The position numbers and the translations under genes were made by a program. The notes beneath the pieces were generated by a model, which saw nothing but the letters and a program-made list of their open reading frames with translations, was not told where the DNA came from and did not search any database. A stretch of 64,000 bases of DNA from Bacteroidota bacterium (GTDB lineage: Bacteria; Bacteroidota; Bacteroidia; Chitinophagales; CAIODY01). Positions within the stretch are counted from its first letter, which is position 1; every line of letters begins with the position of its first letter. Of this stretch, positions 58,839 to 64,000 are shown in pieces. Location: assembly GCA_046051225.1 (NCBI GenBank), contig JBJOOR010000001.1, positions 39,584-103,583 of the forward strand, written 5' to 3'.

Positions 58839-59234
58839 TTATTCTTCAAACTTATCGTTTCGTTTTTGTAATTTTTTGTTTACTTGTTCTAATAATTGTT
58901 GTTCGGTAGGTAAGTATAATTTGTATTGTGTCCAACTTAATTGTGCATACAGTGTATGCACAATTGGAAAGGTGCGATAGAGCTGACGATACAAATTGAT
59001 CTGACGAACTGAATAACCACTACCATATTCAGGTTGTAATTGTTCTGATAAAAATTTAATTAAATACTTTCCATATTCGGCTCTTTCTTTTCCTGCTTGC
59101 TCTTCTTCAAATATGCGCTTGCCTATTTGCCAATACATAATAGTTCTTTCGGTATCAACTGCCCTAATTGCATTATCTTTTGCAGTAGCAATAATTGTTT
59201 TAATATCGGGGATGATGGATGTATTGATAAGCAT
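58839..59234 (-). pseudogene. DUF1016/YhcG-family nuclease remnant (N-terminal domain joined in frame to the extreme C-terminus; nuclease core missing)
   Basis: 131 aa. YWQIGKRIFEEEQAGKERAEYGKYLIKFLSEQL...FPIVHTLYAQLSWTQY matches the YhcG N-terminal domain. The sequence then jumps to KLYLPTEQQLLEQ, which resembles the family C-terminal tail. Confidence 0.6.
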
Positions 59235-59394
59235 AAATTTGAGTACTATTTAGATGACTAAAATAGCAACTAAAATTATATCCATACAAATAAAAAAATG
59301 AGCAAAAATTATTCCTCTTCCACACTAGTTGAAAAGTTTGGTTATTGATATTGATAAATTGTAACGTAGTTTGCAACATAAATTTTTTAAACAC

Positions 59395-60240
59395 ATGAAT
59401 AATTCAATTGCTGAATTAGAAAAAATAGCTTCGCAAGTTCGCCGTGATATATTGCGCCAAGTACATGGCGCTAAAAGTGGTCATCCTGGCGGTTCGTTGG
59501 GCTGTACAGATGTATTAACAGCCTTATATTTTAAGGTAATGAATCATAACACAGCCTTTGCCATGAATGGCGCTAACGAAGATTTATTCTTTTTAAGCAA
59601 TGGGCATATATCGCCTGTAATGTATAGCATATTAGCCCGTGCAGGCTATTTTGCCGTAAGCGAATTAAGTACATTTCGCAAATTAAATACTCGTTTGCAA
59701 GGGCATCCTACTACGCATGATAATTTGCCAGGCATTCGTATTGCCAGTGGTTCGTTGGGGCAAGGCATGAGTGTAGCAGCTGGTGCAGCATTCAGCAAAA
59801 AAATGAATAAGGATAATGCAGTGGTATTTAGCCTACATGGCGATGGCGAATTGCAAGAAGGACAAATTTGGGAAGCGGCACAATTTGCGGCTCATCATAA
59901 ATTAGATAATTTAATATCGATAGTAGATTGGAATAAATTGCAAATAGATGGCCCCACCGAACAGGTAATGGCTAATGGCGATTTAAAAGCAAAATTTGAA
60001 GCATTTGGTTGGCAGGTATGCACCATGAATGGTAATGATATGGCTGATGTGGTAACTACTTTAGAAAAATGCAAAGCCAACACAGGCAGCGGCAAACCGC
60101 AAATGATTTTGATGACTACCAAAATGGGTTTTGGTGTTGATTTTATGATGGGCGATCATCATTGGCATGGCGTAGCGCCTAATGATGAACAATTGGCTAC
60201 TGCCTTATCGCAATTAGAAGAAACATTAGGCGATTATTAA
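59395..60240 (+). CDS. Transketolase, N-terminal (TPP pyrophosphate-binding) subunit of a split enzyme
   Basis: SGHPGGSLG, GHISPVMY, GSLGQGMSVAAG, HGDGELQEGQIWEA. The track start at 59371 is TTG. ATG at 59395 preferred. Confidence 0.9.
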   Translation: MNNSIAELEKIASQVRRDILRQVHGAKSGHPGGSLGCTDVLTALYFKVMNHNTAFAMNGANEDLFFLSNGHISPVMYSILARAGYFAVSELSTFRKLNTRLQGHPTTHDNLPGIRIASGSLGQGMSVAAGAAFSKKMNKDNAVVFSLHGDGELQEGQIWEAAQFAAHHKLDNLISIVDWNKLQIDGPTEQVMANGDLKAKFEAFGWQVCTMNGNDMADVVTTLEKCKANTGSGKPQMILMTTKMGFGVDFMMGDHHWHGVAPNDEQLATALSQLEETLGDY

Positions 60241-60267
60241 TTTTTGAAAATAAAATGAAGTAAAAAA

Positions 60268-60296
60268 AGCTACCCAATCAAGGTAGCTTTTTTTAT
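60268..60296 (+). terminator. Rho-independent terminator after the transketolase N-half gene
   Basis: agctacc (60268-60274) / ggtagct (60282-60288) followed by T7. Confidence 0.65.
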
Positions 60297-60489
60297 TAAA
60301 AATACTTCCCCATTATCTAGTTATGCATATAGTCTTCTAATCCTAATCAGATTAATGGCAATCAATTTTAAGTTAAAAAGTTTTGACGTTGGTATTTGTA
60401 TTAAATCATTAAAATTGATAGCATAACTTATTTAATTACTGCTAAAAAAATGTAGTTACCTTTATCGCCTATTCAATTTTTTCAAATCC

Positions 60490-61791
60490 ATGTACCCAAA
60501 TCTTTCCTACTTATTTAATGATATTTTTAATAATAATTTACCGCCTTGGTTAAGCAGTTTTTTGCAAGTGTTTAATATTTTTGGAATTATGTTGGCGCTA
60601 TCATTTGTAGCTGCCGTAATTGTTTTAAAAAAAGGATTAATACAAAAAGCCAATGAAGGCAAATTGAAACCACTATTTCGTACACAAATAATTGGCAAAC
60701 CTATACAACCAACCGAATTAGTATTTAATGGATTAATGGGATTTTTGTTGGGCTATAAATTAGGATTATTGATTACCGATTTTTCGAATTTTACAAACGA
60801 TATACAAGCAGCCGTTTTTTCATCAAAAGGAAATATTTTTACTGGAATTTTATTGGCAGCCATTTTTGCTTATTGGCTTTATGCCGAAAAAAAGAAACAA
60901 CAATTAGCCGAACCTAAAGAAGAAAAAATAACACTGCATCCCAAAGATTGGGTAGGCGAAATATTTATCCGTGCAGCCATTGGCGGCATTGTGGGCGCAA
61001 AGATTTTTCACTTGTTTGAATATTGGAGCGATTTTACATCCGACCCATTAGGTATGCTATTTAGCGGCGCAGGTTTAACATTTTATGGTGGTTTAATTGT
61101 AGGTTCGGGTGCTGTTATTTATTGGATTATTAAAAACAAAATTTCATTTCATCAAATAGTAGATGTTACAGCGCCTTGCTTAATGATTGCTTATGCCGTG
61201 GGGCGTATTGGCTGCCAAATGGCTGGCGATGGCGATTGGGGAATTTTTAATACAGCCTATGCCGTTAATGATAACCAACAAGTTGTAGCTGCGGCTTCGC
61301 CAAATGATTACCATCAAACGTTTCAACAGCATACGATGTATTTTGATACTCATTTTGAAGATACATCAAAAGTGCCAGTTGCATATTTTAAAGGGCCTGC
61401 GTTTTTACCCAATTGGTTATTTGCATACAACTATCCGCATAATGTAGGCAACGAAGGTATCGCCATAAAAGATTGCACTGGTAAGTATTGTGGGGTTTTG
61501 CCATTACCTGTTTTTCCAACACCATTGTATGAATTGATAGCTTGCTTTTTCTTGTTTTTAGTATTGTGGGCTGTACGAAATAAATTAAAATATCCAGGCA
61601 GATTATTGGCTTTATACATGATTTTAAACGGAGTAGAAAGATTTTGTGTAGAGCAAATTAGGGTAAATAGTACGTATCATTTTTTAGGAATAAATCCTAC
61701 ACAAGCCGAAATCATTGCTGTTGCATTAATACTAGGTGGAATTATTTATTGGATGATGGCACCAAAATTTGCCACTAAAAATTCAGTGTAA
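60490..61791 (+). CDS. lgt: Prolipoprotein diacylglyceryl transferase (long Bacteroidota form)
   Basis: 433 aa polytopic protein. AYAVGRIGCQMAGDGDWG (GRxG motif region) and YMILNGVERFCVEQIR (Lgt signature region), with a large insertion between them. Confidence 0.75.
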   Translation: MYPNLSYLFNDIFNNNLPPWLSSFLQVFNIFGIMLALSFVAAVIVLKKGLIQKANEGKLKPLFRTQIIGKPIQPTELVFNGLMGFLLGYKLGLLITDFSNFTNDIQAAVFSSKGNIFTGILLAAIFAYWLYAEKKKQQLAEPKEEKITLHPKDWVGEIFIRAAIGGIVGAKIFHLFEYWSDFTSDPLGMLFSGAGLTFYGGLIVGSGAVIYWIIKNKISFHQIVDVTAPCLMIAYAVGRIGCQMAGDGDWGIFNTAYAVNDNQQVVAAASPNDYHQTFQQHTMYFDTHFEDTSKVPVAYFKGPAFLPNWLFAYNYPHNVGNEGIAIKDCTGKYCGVLPLPVFPTPLYELIACFFLFLVLWAVRNKLKYPGRLLALYMILNGVERFCVEQIRVNSTYHFLGINPTQAEIIAVALILGGIIYWMMAPKFATKNSV

Positions 61792-61868
61792 ATAGTTTTA
61801 AACTTTACTTTGGATTTATTTACTTTTGCGTTCTTCAAAAAAAATAAAAAATATAAACAAAAATAAAA

Positions 61869-63122
61869 ATGGGATATTTATTTACATCCGAATCAGTTTC
61901 GGAAGGGCATCCAGATAAAGTAGCCGACCAAATTAGCGATGCTTTAATTGATAACTTTTTGGCATTTGACCCAAACAGTAAAGTAGCCTGCGAAACATTG
62001 GTTACAACTGGGCAGGTAGTGTTGGCTGGCGAAGTAAAATCGAAAGCTTATTTAGATGTGCAAGAAATTGCTCGTGAAGTAATTCGTAAAATTGGATATA
62101 CAAAAGCTGAATACATGTTTGAAGCTAATTCATGCGGTATTCTTTCAGCTATTCACGAACAATCTTCAGATATTAATCAAGGCGTTGATAAAAAGAAAAA
62201 AGAAGAACAAGGTGCTGGCGACCAAGGAATGATGTTTGGTTATGCTACCAACGAAACCGCTAACTACATGCCTTTGGCGTTGGATTTAGCACATGGTATT
62301 TTGTTGGAATTAGCAGTATTGCGCCGTGAAAACAAAGCTATAAAATATTTACGCCCCGATGCTAAATCGCAAGTAACATTAGAATATAGCGATGACAATG
62401 TGCCTGTTCGTATTGATGCAATTGTAGTATCAACACAGCACGATGATTTTGATACAGAGCCAAAAATGTTGGCTAAAATTAAAAAGGATATTGTTGAAAT
62501 TTTGATTCCAAGAGTGAAGAAAAATTATCCAAAATATGCTCATTTGTTCAACAACAAAATTGCATACCATATTAACCCAACTGGCAAGTTTGTAATCGGT
62601 GGCCCACATGGCGATACAGGTTTAACTGGCAGAAAAATTATTGTTGATACTTATGGTGGAAAAGGTGCTCACGGTGGTGGTGCATTCAGCGGTAAAGACC
62701 CTTCAAAAGTTGACCGTTCGGCTGCTTATGCAACTCGTCATATTGCTAAAAACTTAGTAGCTGCTGGTGTTTGCAACGAAGTATTGGTACAAGTGTCTTA
62801 CGCAATTGGCGTAGCACAACCAATGGGTATTTTTATTGATACTTATGGCACTGCAAAAGTGAAAATGACCGATGGCGAAATTGCAAAAATAGTTTCAAGT
62901 GTATTTGATATGCGCCCTTACTTTATTGAGCAACGTTTTAAATTGCGTACGCCAATGTATAGCGAAACTGCGGCTTACGGACACATGGGACGTAAAAATG
63001 AAACTGTAACTAAAACATTTAAAGCACCCGATGGCAAAACAAAAACAATGAAAGTGGAATTGTTTACTTGGGAAAAATTAGATTATGTAGCTAAAGTAAA
63101 AGCAGCTTTTAAGATAAAATAG
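61869..63122 (+). CDS. metK: S-adenosylmethionine synthetase
   Basis: 417 aa. [48 protein letters not shown]. Confidence 0.97.
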   Translation: MGYLFTSESVSEGHPDKVADQISDALIDNFLAFDPNSKVACETLVTTGQVVLAGEVKSKAYLDVQEIAREVIRKIGYTKAEYMFEANSCGILSAIHEQSSDINQGVDKKKKEEQGAGDQGMMFGYATNETANYMPLALDLAHGILLELAVLRRENKAIKYLRPDAKSQVTLEYSDDNVPVRIDAIVVSTQHDDFDTEPKMLAKIKKDIVEILIPRVKKNYPKYAHLFNNKIAYHINPTGKFVIGGPHGDTGLTGRKIIVDTYGGKGAHGGGAFSGKDPSKVDRSAAYATRHIAKNLVAAGVCNEVLVQVSYAIGVAQPMGIFIDTYGTAKVKMTDGEIAKIVSSVFDMRPYFIEQRFKLRTPMYSETAAYGHMGRKNETVTKTFKAPDGKTKTMKVELFTWEKLDYVAKVKAAFKIK

Positions 63123-63148
63123 TTATTCTGATTTTATATAATAAAAAA

Positions 63149-63180
63149 ATCCCCGATAGAATCTATCGGGGATTTTTTTA
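63149..63180. terminator. Bidirectional terminator between metK and the OmpA-family gene
   Basis: 11-bp stem atccccgatag / ctatcggggat with loop aat. Flanked by A7 upstream and T7 downstream. Confidence 0.75.
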
Positions 63181-63188
63181 TTTACTAC

Positions 63189-64000
63189 TTAATGTTTCGG
63201 ATTTGTTATAATTACCTTGCCAGCATTGTTTTTAGCCGCATCCGATTTGGCAGCATCGGCAGCCTTTTGTTGGTCGGTTCTTAGTTTAATTATTTTAAAT
63301 TCTATTCGGCGATTTTTTTCCATTTCTTCATCGCTGCATTTTACACCATCATGGCATCTGTTTACAGGCTTACTTTCGCCATAGCCTTTTCCTACCAATC
63401 GGCTTTTTTGAATACCATGTTTTATTAAATAGTTTACCGCTGCTTGTGCACGGCGTTCGCTTAGCCATTTATTAAATTTAGCCGAGCCTTTACAATCTGT
63501 ATGAGCACTTAATTCAATATCAATATTTTGTTGGTCTTTTAATTTTTTAATTAAAGTATCAAGCACCTGCGCCGATTCTTTTTTAATTAAGAAGCTACCA
63601 AATGCAAAATAAATATTTCGAATACGCAATGGATTATTACTTTCCATAGATACCAGCGCATAGTTTTTAGTTACACCTGTTCTTTTCTTTTCTATCTTAG
63701 TAGTATAGCTTTCTTTTAAACCTTTGTATGATTTTTTGCCCGTACGAATCAAATAATCATTTCCGCCTTTTATACCATCAATTCTATAATAACCATATTC
63801 GTCTGTTACAGCATCATACACTGTTCCATCTGTTTTATTCGTTACCTGCACTCTAGCGCCTTCAATAGGTTTATGAGTAGCTTTATCAGTTAATATACCT
63901 TCAAAAAATAATTTAGGATTATGGCTTTTCCATTCATAAATTCTTTCTTTACCGCTTTTGTTAGATGATATCCAACCTGTAGCTTCATCATTTGGATTTA
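63189..64000 (-). CDS. OmpA-family peptidoglycan-binding protein (partial; 5' end beyond window)
   Basis: C-terminal OmpA domain (IYFAFGSF...ELSAHTDCKGS...NKWLSERRAQAAVNYL...GYGESKPV) preceded by a carboxypeptidase-regulatory-like segment (VTNKTDGTVYDAVTDEYGYYRIDG). The frame stays open upstream of the GTG at 63851 to position 64000. Confidence 0.85.
   Translation of the reverse strand, partial: NPNDEATGWISSNKSGKERIYEWKSHNPKLFFEGILTDKATHKPIEGARVQVTNKTDGTVYDAVTDEYGYYRIDGIKGGNDYLIRTGKKSYKGLKESYTTKIEKKRTGVTKNYALVSMESNNPLRIRNIYFAFGSFLIKKESAQVLDTLIKKLKDQQNIDIELSAHTDCKGSAKFNKWLSERRAQAAVNYLIKHGIQKSRLVGKGYGESKPVNRCHDGVKCSDEEMEKNRRIEFKIIKLRTDQQKAADAAKSDAAKNNAGKVIITNPKH

Noticed and set aside
61792-61868. 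SAM riboswitch upstream of metK
   Set aside because: Only 77 nt of AT-rich spacer with no paired helices or conserved SAM-I/II cores. It is too short for an aptamer plus expression platform.

Overview
AT-rich chromosomal window that reads as Bacteroidota (Flavobacteriia/Sphingobacteriia-like). Support: a T9SS C-terminal sorting domain, an alternative complex III (ACIII) plus aa3 oxidase cluster, and leaders without Shine-Dalgarno sequences. About 56 credible protein genes. By eye I found no rRNA, tRNA, CRISPR array, transposase or integrase. Layout: (1) 0-18.9 kb housekeeping and envelope genes (rlmI, rplS, purine nucleoside phosphorylase, TPR/outer-membrane pair, efp, dnaE, dipeptide epimerase, a frameshifted T9SS cargo gene, guaB). 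(2) 19.0-33.4 kb two convergent operons for a modified amino-sugar / polyprenyl-phosphate-linked glycan pathway. (3) 33.5-48.5 kb one 12-gene minus-strand respiratory cluster, actABCDEF followed by aa3-type oxidase genes and heme O synthase. (4) 48.7-51.0 kb envelope hypotheticals. (5) 51.1-59.2 kb accessory islet: a YD-like-repeat/AAA+ fusion protein, DinB, a Type III R-M system whose mod and res are separated by 369 bp holding seven phased hairpins, a rod-like structured RNA candidate upstream of mod, and an internally deleted DUF1016/YhcG nuclease remnant. (6) 59.4-64 kb housekeeping (transketolase N-half, lgt, metK, partial OmpA-family gene). The most unusual items are the non-coding ones in the R-M islet (hairpin array, candidate leader RNA), the repeat words in operon spacers, and the Arn-like glycan cluster with extra tailoring enzymes. 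All functional calls come from motif and family recognition by eye. No database search, HMM or folding program was run, so family names are best guesses and start codons are approximate.
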